Source of the DNA: a virus
Direction: 5' to 3' (one strand)
Length of the DNA stretch: 64,000 nucleotides
IMG/VR virus record: IMGVR_UViG_3300045988_097776
Part shown: in pieces, positions 8,304 to 16,505 of the stretch
How positions within the stretch are numbered: position 1 is the first letter of the stretch
Layout of the letters: every line of letters begins with the position of its first letter
Notes under the pieces: generated by a model
Told to the model about the DNA's origin: nothing
Database searches by the model: none
The model's input: only the letters and a program-made list of their open reading frames with translations
Program-made: the position numbers and the translations under genes

Positions 8304-8768
8304 TTAGTCCAGATTGTTGATATATTCAATAATGTTTGTAGTTTGGGGGTCTACGGTATCCCCTAAATGCCAGCCGTTTCTAATTTTGCCGTTATCATCA
8401 AAGAGGATAAACGGCGGTTCATAGAAACTACGGAATACACATTTAGCTTTAGTTGTTCCATACGCCACACAATGGCATTTATGGGCCGGAAATTTATGCC
8501 TTGCAAGCCATTCCTTTTTGGCGGCTGTGACTGCTTTCTTATATTCAGGGGGGCTTTCAGGGGGCAACCATGTAATAACTCGAACCTCCCACCCGTTACT
8601 AATTGCGTTTAGAAGCGCATTTCGGAGGGCGTTCATATCCCACATGGGGGCGGCGTCTCGGAATGGGCTGGGGTCTCCATCGCGGAGTTTTTCAAGCCAG
8701 TTGGGGACTGCGTATAGATCTGCAATTGTCCCGTCCATATCAAAGCAGAGCATTTTTTTAGTTATCAT
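8304..8768 (-). CDS. HAD-superfamily phosphatase (5-prime nucleotidase / deoxyribonucleotidase-like)
   Basis: N-terminal CFDMDGTIAD (the DxDGT motif). Length 154 aa. Consensus promoter at 8791-8819. Confidence 0.55.
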   Translation of the reverse strand: MITKKMLCFDMDGTIADLYAVPNWLEKLRDGDPSPFRDAAPMWDMNALRNALLNAISNGWEVRVITWLPPESPPEYKKAVTAAKKEWLARHKFPAHKCHCVAYGTTKAKCVFRSFYEPPFILFDDNGKIRNGWHLGDTVDPQTTNIIEYINNLD

Positions 8769-8796
8769 ATATATAACCTCCTTTTGTTTTATTATA

Positions 8797-9021
8797 CTAC
8801 CTGTTGCCTATCTTGTCAACAAGTTTTTCAAAGAAATTTTTATGCCGATATACCTTATAAGGCATTGACGTATAATCCACATAAATTAGAGGGTCGCGCA
8901 AAAGAATAGCTTGCATATAGATCCCATAATTCTCTGGGGTGGTAGTACCACCAAATTGGCGGCGGTAGATTTCAGCCACAGTTAAACACTCATTAGGCCG
9001 AATAAACTTTGAAGGTTTCAT
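8797..9021 (-). CDS. hypothetical protein, 74 aa
   Basis: ORF track. Promoter TTGCAA-17-TATTAT at about 9041-9075, a duplicate of the 7600 cassette. Confidence 0.4.
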   Translation of the reverse strand: MKPSKFIRPNECLTVAEIYRRQFGGTTTPENYGIYMQAILLRDPLIYVDYTSMPYKVYRHKNFFEKLVDKIGNR

Positions 9022-9204
9022 TTAGTGTCCCTCCTTCTTTCTGTACTAATAATACCATAATTTAAGGATAATTGCAAGATGACATTTTGCACAAGATTTC
9101 AAGTCAAAAATTGTGCAGAACTTACAAACAAGAAAACTCGGCGCGCTGTGAGCGTCAGCGCGCCGTCGAAATTTTGGTATAAAAAAAGAGGGCCGAAGCC
9201 CTCT

Positions 9205-9684
9205 TTAATTTTCTGCAAATTGAGCTAGAAATTGCGCAGAAAGTCGAACCATATCATGCGCTGATTCTTTATCGTTTTTATAGCAAATAAAGCCGATTAC
9301 CTCACCTTCTGCAATAATAGGAGTAACAAACAACGATTTTCCCTTCCATTCAGTACCCCAATTACGAATATTGAACCATTCATCCGGGGTCTTTGACATT
9401 CCGAAGGGGCGAGGGCCGCACAAAAGACTTGAATTATCAAAAACCGATGCTAAAATGCCGTTAATGCTTAAAACTTTTTGAATATGTGCGGCCTGAGGAG
9501 CAAAAGAAGATAGTAGGGAATATTTCTTGAAAACCACCCCGCCATCTTCAATAAAGATTTCTAGCGGGTCGCCTTCCCGAATATTCATATTCCGACGAAT
9601 TTCCTTAGGAATTACTACCCGGCCGAGATCATCAATGCGCCGCACAATGCCAGTTACTTTCATTTTTTTTATTAGAGAGGGCAA
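9205..9684 (-). CDS. SpoVT/AbrB-family transcriptional regulator (swapped-hairpin N-domain plus GAF-like C-domain)
   Basis: N-terminus MKVTGIVRRIDDLGRVVIPKEIRRNMNIREGDPLEI is the AbrB/MazE/SpoVT signature. Length 159 aa. Terminator at 9170-9205. Confidence 0.7.
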   Translation of the reverse strand: MPSLIKKMKVTGIVRRIDDLGRVVIPKEIRRNMNIREGDPLEIFIEDGGVVFKKYSLLSSFAPQAAHIQKVLSINGILASVFDNSSLLCGPRPFGMSKTPDEWFNIRNWGTEWKGKSLFVTPIIAEGEVIGFICYKNDKESAHDMVRLSAQFLAQFAEN

Positions 9685-9714
9685 GGCTATTGCTTGCCCT
9701 CTCTACCTCCTTCC

Positions 9715-10110
9715 TTAAAACTCCTTGCGCAGTTCCTCAAGCATGGCTGTTAAGGTGTTCATATCTCCACCCATTTCCAATTTGACGCACATGAGCCGGG
9801 TCTGCTCGTTAATCCATGTGTTAATCTCTGCGATTTCATCATCCATTTTTTCCTTGGCCGGAGTATAAATGCCGCAAGTGCAGGTCTGGATGACATTCTC
9901 GCAATATCTGGAAGTCTTATAGCCCTTAGCCTGCATTTCCGCCTGGATAGTATCGCCCAGCTCATTGGCCGACTTGACGATAGCCTCCTTAAAAGCCTCC
10001 AGCGCGTCGAACTCTGGCTGATACCTCTCCCGGATAGCCGCCTCCTTACAGGCAGAAATCTTGCGAACCTCGTCACGAACATATTCTTCAATTCTCTTAG
10101 TAACACGCAT
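9715..10110 (-). CDS. hypothetical protein, 131 aa
   Basis: ORF track. Consensus promoter TTGACA-17-TATACT at 10176-10204 and terminator at 9680-9715. Confidence 0.45.
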   Translation of the reverse strand: MRVTKRIEEYVRDEVRKISACKEAAIRERYQPEFDALEAFKEAIVKSANELGDTIQAEMQAKGYKTSRYCENVIQTCTCGIYTPAKEKMDDEIAEINTWINEQTRLMCVKLEMGGDMNTLTAMLEELRKEF

Positions 10111-10344
10111 TTCTAAAAACTCCCTTTCTGTTTTAATTTGAGAGGTTTTACTCGTTTCCCCTCTTTACATTTAATAGTATAGCAGATTTCGGGAGAAGTG
10201 TCAATCGTCAAAATGCACAACATTTGCAAACATATTTTGTTGAAACTGCTAATCATAGAAAATTCGGATCGCGCCAACCCTGCGCGATCCGCCCAATATT
10301 ATGCAAATAAAAAAGAAGCTCCCGGAAAACCGGGAGCATTTCTT

Positions 10345-10584
10345 TTACATCATAGGGAAATCAATGCCAATTTCGTTAGCTCTGCGGTCAGCCTCTTCGT
10401 CGAAGACCGCCTTCAAAATAGTGGCCGCGTCATCGGGAGTACAGGTATCTTCACGCAGGAACTTCCCCAAAGACTGAACCAAAGCGGAGTCGGCCGAACT
10501 CCGGTCTATCAAACGCATTGCTGTATGAAGAGCAATCAGACTGTCCCTATCTTCCTCGGTCATCTTGGGCATCTTGATAGTCAT
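10345..10584 (-). CDS. hypothetical protein, 79 aa
   Basis: ORF track. Promoter TTGACA-17-TATAAT at 10635-10663. Terminator GCTCCCGG-AAAA-CCGGGAGC at 10318-10345. Confidence 0.45.
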   Translation of the reverse strand: MTIKMPKMTEEDRDSLIALHTAMRLIDRSSADSALVQSLGKFLREDTCTPDDAATILKAVFDEEADRRANEIGIDFPMM

Positions 10585-10838
10585 AACATACTTCCTTTCT
10601 GGTTTTATAGAGTTTTCCTTCTCTTGATGGTATTATTATATCATAAAGGGTTGGATTTGTCAACCCTTTATATCGGAGTATTTATAATATATCCAAACAT
10701 TATAATTTCGGCGGCGAAAAGTATAGCAAGCAGGAAATGGTTTTTTATTATAGCGGTCACATACTGGATAGTCAGGCAAATGGCAAGAACAATTATGATA
10801 AAAGTGGTCATGCTAGTTCCTCCTGCGGTAGAGAGGGA

Positions 10839-11078
10839 TTATACCCTCTCTACCTCGATAATTTCCATGTCGAAATTTTCCCAGCAGGCCCCAAGGAGCA
10901 TATCATGCCGCAGGTCGTTTTCGCTTTCGTAGTCCATATCTTCCAGAATGTCCTGCCAGTTATCGGGATTATATTGCTTTTTCAGCCAGTCCCAACCGGC
11001 GCCACGAGCCAGCCGCAGGTCATCAGATACACAGATAATATTCTCACGATTATCAGCCATAACCACATAGCTTTTCAT
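10839..11078 (-). CDS. hypothetical acidic protein, 79 aa
   Basis: ORF track. Promoter TTGACT-17-TATACT near 11121-11160. Confidence 0.4.
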   Translation of the reverse strand: MKSYVVMADNRENIICVSDDLRLARGAGWDWLKKQYNPDNWQDILEDMDYESENDLRHDMLLGACWENFDMEIIEVERV

Positions 11079-11324
11079 TTTCTTTTACTCCCTTTCTTGA
11101 GGGCTTTTGTTCTCCCCTCTTGATGGTTTAAGTATATCAGAATGAGAGAGAAAAGTCAAGCGATTTTGGGAAATTTCTTTCCGTCAATTTCACCAATAAA
11201 TCGAGCCAAAATTTGTGCAAATTACCTCTTGACAAAAAATTCCGGCCGCTGCGCTCATGCGCGGCCGGCTGAACAATATATTTTGAATTGGAAAAGAAAT
11301 TCCTCCCATTTTGGGAGGAAAATC

Positions 11325-11462
11325 TCAATCTACATATTCTCGATTTAAAACTTTTACAACCTCTTCAGGTTTACGTCGAGACCGGAAAAGAGCATCTTCA
11401 TAGGAATAACCAGAGATATTGTCGGTCGAGCCATTTTCAAGCAAAATCTCAAATTCATACAT
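11325..11462 (-). CDS. hypothetical small protein, about 45 aa (internal start of the listed ORF)
   Basis: A promoter -10 and TSS fall inside the listed ORF. AAGGAAG RBS before the internal ATG (MYEFEILLENG...). Confidence 0.3.
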   Translation of the reverse strand: MYEFEILLENGSTDNISGYSYEDALFRSRRKPEEVVKVLNREYVD

Positions 11463-11518
11463 ATCTCTCAACTTCCTTTCTTTTGATAACTTAATTTTAA
11501 CATAAGAATTTCGGGAAG

Positions 11519-11755
11519 TCAATCGGTACTTTCAACAATTTTCATTCCATTTGCTTGTATAATTCGCATAGCTTCTTCAAGAGAAGTATTGTCAACGGAG
11601 CCACAGTCGATACAAATATATTTTCTGCCATCCTTTACCATAGTAGTGAAATAATATTCTTGACCAGAAACAAGGCCCATCTACTCTCGTAGTCTTACGG
11701 GAATCATGATGCGCCCACTTGAATCCAATTTCCTTGAGAAAGTAGTTTCTTGCAT
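11519..11755 (-). CDS. AbrB/MazE-family DNA-binding protein, 78 aa, with 1 in-frame TAG
   Basis: Manual translation: MQETTFSRKLDSSGRIMIPVRLRE[Q]MGLVSGQEYYFTTMVKDGRKYICIDCGSVDNTSLEEAMRIIQANGMKIVESTD. The GRIMIP motif is the swapped-hairpin signature. Confidence 0.55.
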
Positions 11756-11843
11756 TTTGCTAAATAAATTCTAGTGACCTAGGTTCGTGCGAAAAACGAC
11801 TCCATCACGGGAATCGCCGATTTGTAACAATCGGAGGGAATAA

Positions 11844-11960
11844 TTACCACTCGCAAGGCATTTTCTGGCAGAACTGAGCCATAGGACAATTCTTACAAGA
11901 ATCCTAGTTCAAACAGAACTCCAGAATGACCGCAAGAGCTTTCAGCACTTCTAAGGTCAT
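11844..11960 (-). CDS. small Cys-rich protein, 38 aa, 1 in-frame TAG
   Basis: AAGGAG RBS. Product MTLEVLKALAVILEFCLN[Q]DSCKNCPMAQFCQKMPCEW. Confidence 0.35.
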
Positions 11961-12135
11961 TAGAAAACTCCTTTCTTTATTTTTCTATATATATTATAAA
12001 ATATTTTTTTAAAAAAAGCAAGGACTGACTTATGCCAGCTCCAGCCTCTGTAACCAGATAAGGTGATATTTCCCCAGTCTTGCCAAAACTGTTCCGTATC
12101 CCTTATTAGTCCAAACAGTGGAACCAATAGGATAT

Positions 12136-12387
12136 TCACGCGGAAGTCTCTCGATAGTCATTGATAATCCCCTTTTCTGTAAAGAATCCGACAAGATGTT
12201 CTGCTGCACTGGACTTATGCGGAGTTATCAACAACCACGCACCGCGAAGATTATCAATAGTCGATAAAGACCAGTCCGCGCCCATCTGACTAATTAAGCA
12301 CTCGAAACTTGCTCGATCCTCAAGAGAGTTAAACGAAACTACATATTTTCCCATGCGGAAATCGACCTCCATAGAATTTTTTATCAT
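12136..12387 (-). CDS. hypothetical protein, 83 aa; a coupled 43-aa ORF follows at 12004-12135
   Basis: ORF track. ATGA start/stop overlap at 12133-12138 suggests translational coupling with the downstream small ORF MTIERLPREYPIGSTVWTNKGYGTVLARLGKYHLIWLQRLELA. Confidence 0.4.
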   Translation of the reverse strand: MIKNSMEVDFRMGKYVVSFNSLEDRASFECLISQMGADWSLSTIDNLRGAWLLITPHKSSAAEHLVGFFTEKGIINDYRETSA

Positions 12388-12426
12388 GGGGAGTGGAAGT
12401 CATAGACCTCCACTCCCGCAGGTTTC

Positions 12427-12666
12427 TTATGCGTTAATGTAGATATTAACGCCACCTTCTTCTCTCATTTCAATCTCAGTCACCTGCTTCTTGAACAGGG
12501 CGCTGAGGTCATCGCCATAAAAGTCACCGCCGAGCTGGAGCTTCCATTCCTTGTCAAACCGGAAATGTGCGCCGGTATTGCTGTCGATTACCTGAATAGC
12601 CGCATCCTCTTCCAGACAGAAAGAGTATTGCCGGAACAAAATCACAACGTCTTTGAAGCACACCAT
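12427..12666 (-). CDS. hypothetical protein, 79 aa
   Basis: ORF track. Promoter TTGACA-17-TATATT at about 12705-12745. Confidence 0.4.
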   Translation of the reverse strand: MVCFKDVVILFRQYSFCLEEDAAIQVIDSNTGAHFRFDKEWKLQLGGDFYGDDLSALFKKQVTEIEMREEGGVNIYINA

Positions 12667-12922
12667 TTCTTTTACTTCCTTTCAAATTCTTTTTGTGGTC
12701 TGTCTCTCTGGACAAGTATAATATACCATACCCACAAAGGAATGTCAAGCGATTTCGGGAGAAAAATTCTCGGCAGATTGCACAAACTTTTGGCCATATA
12801 ATTGTTGAAACTGCCGAACAAACAAAAATTCGGGCCGCGGCGCACGCTGGCGGCCCGGCGAAAAGTCAATATGGGAAAGTGCACAAAAATATCCGGCAAT
12901 CTTTGTGTAGATTACCGGATAG

Positions 12923-13066
12923 AATATTAAAACATCACAGTAAAGAAGTTATACTCACTATGCTGTGGATTTGGATAGCTGTTATCTGCTACTATGTCAG
13001 CCCAGCTCAAAGCAATCCAGAGAAGGAGAGCGGCGCAAAGGCCGCCTCCTATATACCGTAGCACTC
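12923..13066 (-). CDS. small membrane protein, about 47 aa
   Basis: Manual translation: MRVLRYIGGGLCAALLLWIALSWADIVADNSYPNPQHSEYNFFTVMF. Start overlaps the stop of the upstream gene. Confidence 0.3.
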
Positions 13067-13453
13067 TCATACCGCAGGCTCCTTCCCCAGAAGGTCATAC
13101 CGTCCAGGGATTTCGGCATTAAGCCTATCCCATTCTTTGGCAGTTACCCTGTCATACTCATTATAATAGTTATCCCGAATGATATAAAGCTGTTCTGTGG
13201 TGTCCTTATCCAGAGCGGCCTTATACTCGTCAAGAGAGGCAGGACGAGTGTGAAGCTTGCTGTTGATATACCGTGCATTGATAAAGGCCCAATGTGGCAT
13301 GACGGCCTTAGAGATAGCATTAAAAGCGTCTAAGTCAAGGATGATACCATCATCCACAGCGGCCGCCTTCACATTCATGGAGTAACGGAGAACACGCACG
13401 AACTCAGGCTTATTAAAGGTGGGATTGGTGTAATACTTGATGAAGTTAGACAT
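13067..13453 (-). CDS. hypothetical protein, 128 aa
   Basis: ORF track; AAGGAT RBS. Confidence 0.45.
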   Translation of the reverse strand: MSNFIKYYTNPTFNKPEFVRVLRYSMNVKAAAVDDGIILDLDAFNAISKAVMPHWAFINARYINSKLHTRPASLDEYKAALDKDTTEQLYIIRDNYYNEYDRVTAKEWDRLNAEIPGRYDLLGKEPAV

Positions 13454-13508
13454 ATCTTTTATCCTTTCTCCCCGTATAGCCGTTAGGTCAGCTTCTTGTG
13501 GTATATGG

Positions 13509-13772
13509 TTACTTGATAGCTTCGCCGGTAGACAGGTCTACAATCCAATAGTCAGGATTGACAAGCTCATGGTCTACTCTCCATCTTGCGTGTGCAAAAG
13601 TAGACGGCTCATAGTATCGCATTTTGTCACCCACTAAAACCTGCAACTGATACCTCATAATACCGCCTTCTTTCTTTTGATTATTATAACCCTGCCTTGC
13701 CTTGGGTTTTGCAAGGCAGGGTTTATAAACTACTGCTGATTGAGTTCTTTTTGCTGGTCTTTCGTTGCCCAA
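13509..13772 (-). CDS. hypothetical protein, 87 aa
   Basis: ORF track. Confidence 0.35.
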   Translation of the reverse strand: MGNERPAKRTQSAVVYKPCLAKPKARQGYNNQKKEGGIMRYQLQVLVGDKMRYYEPSTFAHARWRVDHELVNPDYWIVDLSTGEAIK

Positions 13773-14170
13773 TCAAGAGAGGTTCTGACCGTCGGACGCT
13801 TGCGGTATTGCTCCGCCTCTGCCTTTGTGCCGCCTTTAGCTAAAGCGTAGGCTTTCCAGTCTATCGCTCCTTTAGCGGTAGTCTCTTTATAGACCACCGC
13901 ATGAGCGGCGCCCTTTATCTGGACTGTGCCGTACAGATAAGAGGTCTTATCCGTGGTCTTGAACTCTTTCCTCAAACGGGTGAAAAGCTCTTTCGCTTTG
14001 GCCTTGGCCGCTTTCTCTGCAACCTCTGCCGCCGCTACTGCTTGCTTAGCGGCTAGGTACTCCATGATGACCTTCCTATCATCATTGGCAAAATCAATCT
14101 TTTTCATACTCTTTTGACTCCCTTTCTTTTTGTGGTGTGATTCTCTTTTGTTCTGTCTGTATTGTATCAA
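13730..14170 (-). CDS. hypothetical protein, 146 aa (coiled-coil N-terminus; possibly a Gam-like nuclease inhibitor)
   Basis: ORF track. Consensus promoter TTGACA-17-TACAAT at about 14150-14200; a second TTGACA-17-TAAACT at about 14270-14300. Terminator at 13690-13730. Confidence 0.4.
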   Translation of the reverse strand: MIQYRQNKRESHHKKKGSQKSMKKIDFANDDRKVIMEYLAAKQAVAAAEVAEKAAKAKAKELFTRLRKEFKTTDKTSYLYGTVQIKGAAHAVVYKETTAKGAIDWKAYALAKGGTKAEAEQYRKRPTVRTSLDWATKDQQKELNQQ

Positions 14171-14592
14171 GTCTTTTAAGACTTGTCAATACTTTTTTTG
14201 AAAATTTTTAATTTTCAAGGTACATTGAGTTTTGCCCTGTCCTCTACTGGACAAGTCCAGTTTACACCCGTTTGCCCTGTTTGTCAATAGTTTTTTGAAA
14301 TTTCTTTCTCTCTCTTTTGCACAAAATAAACATTGTTCAACTGTGCAATTTGCATAAATCCTTTACGCGCGCGTATTCCTTTAGGGCGTGGCTTTTTACT
14401 TTCATACTTTAATGAGTGAAAGAGGCTGACTACACTTCAGCACTTTACCATGTGAAAGGGGAGGGTGTATTTTGGGAAAAACTGGAAATTTTTTCGCAAA
14501 TTTGTTCTGCCACGCCATTTCAAAATCTAAATCGTACTTTCAATCTCAATAACGAAAAAAAGATGAAAGGCTAAACTTTTAACCTTTCATCT

Positions 14593-14715
14593 TTTCTCCA
14601 CAACTAGGGCAAAAATTATATTCTCCTGCTTCATCATAGGTAACTAATAAATCGCCATCTTCCTTATAACACGAATGAGTGAATCCGCAATTTAAACACA
14701 AAGAATATAAGGCTC
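14593..14715 (-). CDS. small zinc-ribbon protein, about 40 aa (start uncertain)
   Basis: Product ...CLNCGFTHSCYKEDGDLLVTYDEAGEYNFCPSCGEKMKG contains CxxC...CxxC. A strong terminator hairpin follows on the minus strand at 14560-14600. Confidence 0.3.
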
Positions 14716-14759
14716 CATTCCCCTTAAATTTTATAATAAGCCATTTTCCATTCTATCCC

Positions 14760-15197
14760 TTAATGGTATAATTGATATTTTCTGCCAATCTTATCAATCT
14801 CCTCAGCTTCCATTGGCCTAAATCCAATACAAGTGAGAGTCCCTTCAGGACTCTCTTTTTCCAGCTCTGTCCTGCAAGCATCGTAAATCAAAAAGTAATC
14901 TTTATACTCCTCCATACCGAGCTCTTTAGCTGCTTCGACCGCCCGCAATAAATCATTCTTATTTTTCGCTCGACAAACAACTTTAGTTTCTGCTTCTATT
15001 ATCCAATTATGGTATAAATCTGTATCGAGACTTACATTCACATGATACATAATACCATCTCTTTCCCTAACTACTTCTTTGCTTCCCCAAAGTATTTTCT
15101 CTAAAAGAAAAGCAATAGAAGCATGGGAAACTTGTGCGGCCAGCTTACCTGGAGACATATTTAAATCTTTTCTAGCTATAATTAACTGTTTATACAT
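14760..15197 (-). CDS. peptidyl-tRNA hydrolase, PTH2 family
   Basis: IIARKDLNMSPGKLAAQVSHASIAF matches the PTH2 R-x-D-L-x-M-x-x-G-K-x-A-A-Q-x-x-H-A core. The C-terminal half aligns with the human PTRH2 fold (…KVV..A.....L......A...G…). Confidence 0.8.
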   Translation of the reverse strand: MYKQLIIARKDLNMSPGKLAAQVSHASIAFLLEKILWGSKEVVRERDGIMYHVNVSLDTDLYHNWIIEAETKVVCRAKNKNDLLRAVEAAKELGMEEYKDYFLIYDACRTELEKESPEGTLTCIGFRPMEAEEIDKIGRKYQLYH

Positions 15198-15946
15198 TCT
15201 TTACCTGCTTTCAAAAATGCCCTAAAATTCTGGGAGTTGCGGTCAGGAATTGCAAAATAAATATTTGGAATATTATAATTGCGGGCTGCGCCTATGAGCA
15301 AGGTTGCGACCGTATACGGATCTTGCATAAAAACTCCACAACCCCAGGCTCCCGCGATTAGATTTTCCACACCGTTTTCCTCAGCAATCTGATACATAAA
15401 GTGAATTCGATCTTCAAGAACTCTATCATTCTCGCTCTTACTCACACTCTGGTATCTATGCGCCGTTCGGAAATTCGGGGCCGCACAAGTTATAATATCT
15501 GCTTCCTTTTGTTTGTCATTGCGCTCGAATACTACGCTAGGAGAATACAGCGCTCTATTTAAATATAAAGCCTTATTTAATCTCTGTCGATTCCATGCGT
15601 AATACGTTTCATCAAAAGCAAGAAGGATAGGGTAAAGATTGGATTCATGACAAAGAGCCTCTTCCTGCGCGGGACTACCTCCTAGAAAAAATCCACCCGG
15701 GTTTTTATAACTGGCGTAGTTAAGAATTGCTGTTCTACCATTGTTAGATAAATTGAATAGGCAAGATACACTATCCATATCTGTTAGAGTAAAAGCTGGT
15801 TTCTGATTGCCGGATTCATGCTGTGTAAAAGAATCTGGACTATATACATATGTGCGCTCGATAGATAATTTAGTGTTTGCGGCAAGTCTAGTTTTAATAT
15901 CTTCATAATGCGCTCGTGCCTTGATTGCGCGCTCTTGTTTTGTCAT
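15182..15946 (-). CDS. macrodomain-fold poly(ADP-ribose) glycohydrolase-like protein (bacterial PARG/DUF2263 family)
   Basis: NPGGFFLGGSPAQEEALC matches the bacterial PARG signature G-G-x(6-8)-Q-E-E. Length 254 aa. AAAGGAGG RBS. Overlaps the PTH2 start, so the two probably form an operon. Confidence 0.55.
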   Translation of the reverse strand: MTKQERAIKARAHYEDIKTRLAANTKLSIERTYVYSPDSFTQHESGNQKPAFTLTDMDSVSCLFNLSNNGRTAILNYASYKNPGGFFLGGSPAQEEALCHESNLYPILLAFDETYYAWNRQRLNKALYLNRALYSPSVVFERNDKQKEADIITCAAPNFRTAHRYQSVSKSENDRVLEDRIHFMYQIAEENGVENLIAGAWGCGVFMQDPYTVATLLIGAARNYNIPNIYFAIPDRNSQNFRAFLKAGKECINS

Positions 15947-16145
15947 CGCGGCCTCCTTTTATAAAAATGCCGTTGGGCAAAATTAAATAATTGTCTTATT
16001 TTATTTTTCAAATAAAGTGTGTTGAGTTTTTAATTCCTCGATCTTCTACTTTAACTCTTTGTTTTCTTTTATTACTTTTGCATATTCGCATGAATCATCG
16101 CATCTAATTGGATCATACTATTGATGCAATCTAAGATAACAATAA

Positions 16146-16505
16146 TCAATGCATGGGTTCATATTTACACCCCTTTATTCTACAATCTAGTAAACACTGT
16201 CCTGTAGCTCCATCACAGGGAATTGCATCAGGGTAATCCTCAAAATAAGACGAAGCTAATAGGACTTCATACCCGAGTTCTCGCAATATTCTTTCTGCGA
16301 TATATCTATTCCTCAGCTTTACCCATTCTTCTCTATTTATTTTTGTTTCTCTGTATATTTCTCTGGATTTCTCCATATCTACTGTTATGCTGCCATCAAT
16401 ATTAGTCTTAAATGTTGAATCCTGTGTACGATAAAATTCTCGAAAAGGATTTTCAATATGAAGAACCTCTCTAGCATAATTATCAAAATCTTCTGAGAAT
16501 TTCAT
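16146..16505 (-). CDS. hypothetical protein, about 119 aa
   Basis: ORF track; the likely start ATG at 16503-16505 overlaps the FolD stop (TAATG). Confidence 0.4.
   Translation of the reverse strand: MKFSEDFDNYAREVLHIENPFREFYRTQDSTFKTNIDGSITVDMEKSREIYRETKINREEWVKLRNRYIAERILRELGYEVLLASSYFEDYPDAIPCDGATGQCLLDCRIKGCKYEPMH

Noticed and set aside
11880-11930. AGTTCAAACAGAACTCC, resembling a T-arm, in a gap of the early region (hoped to be the suppressor tRNA).
   Set aside because: No acceptor, D-arm or anticodon arm could be built around it. The interval is better explained by a 38-aa Cys-rich ORF with an AAGGAG RBS.
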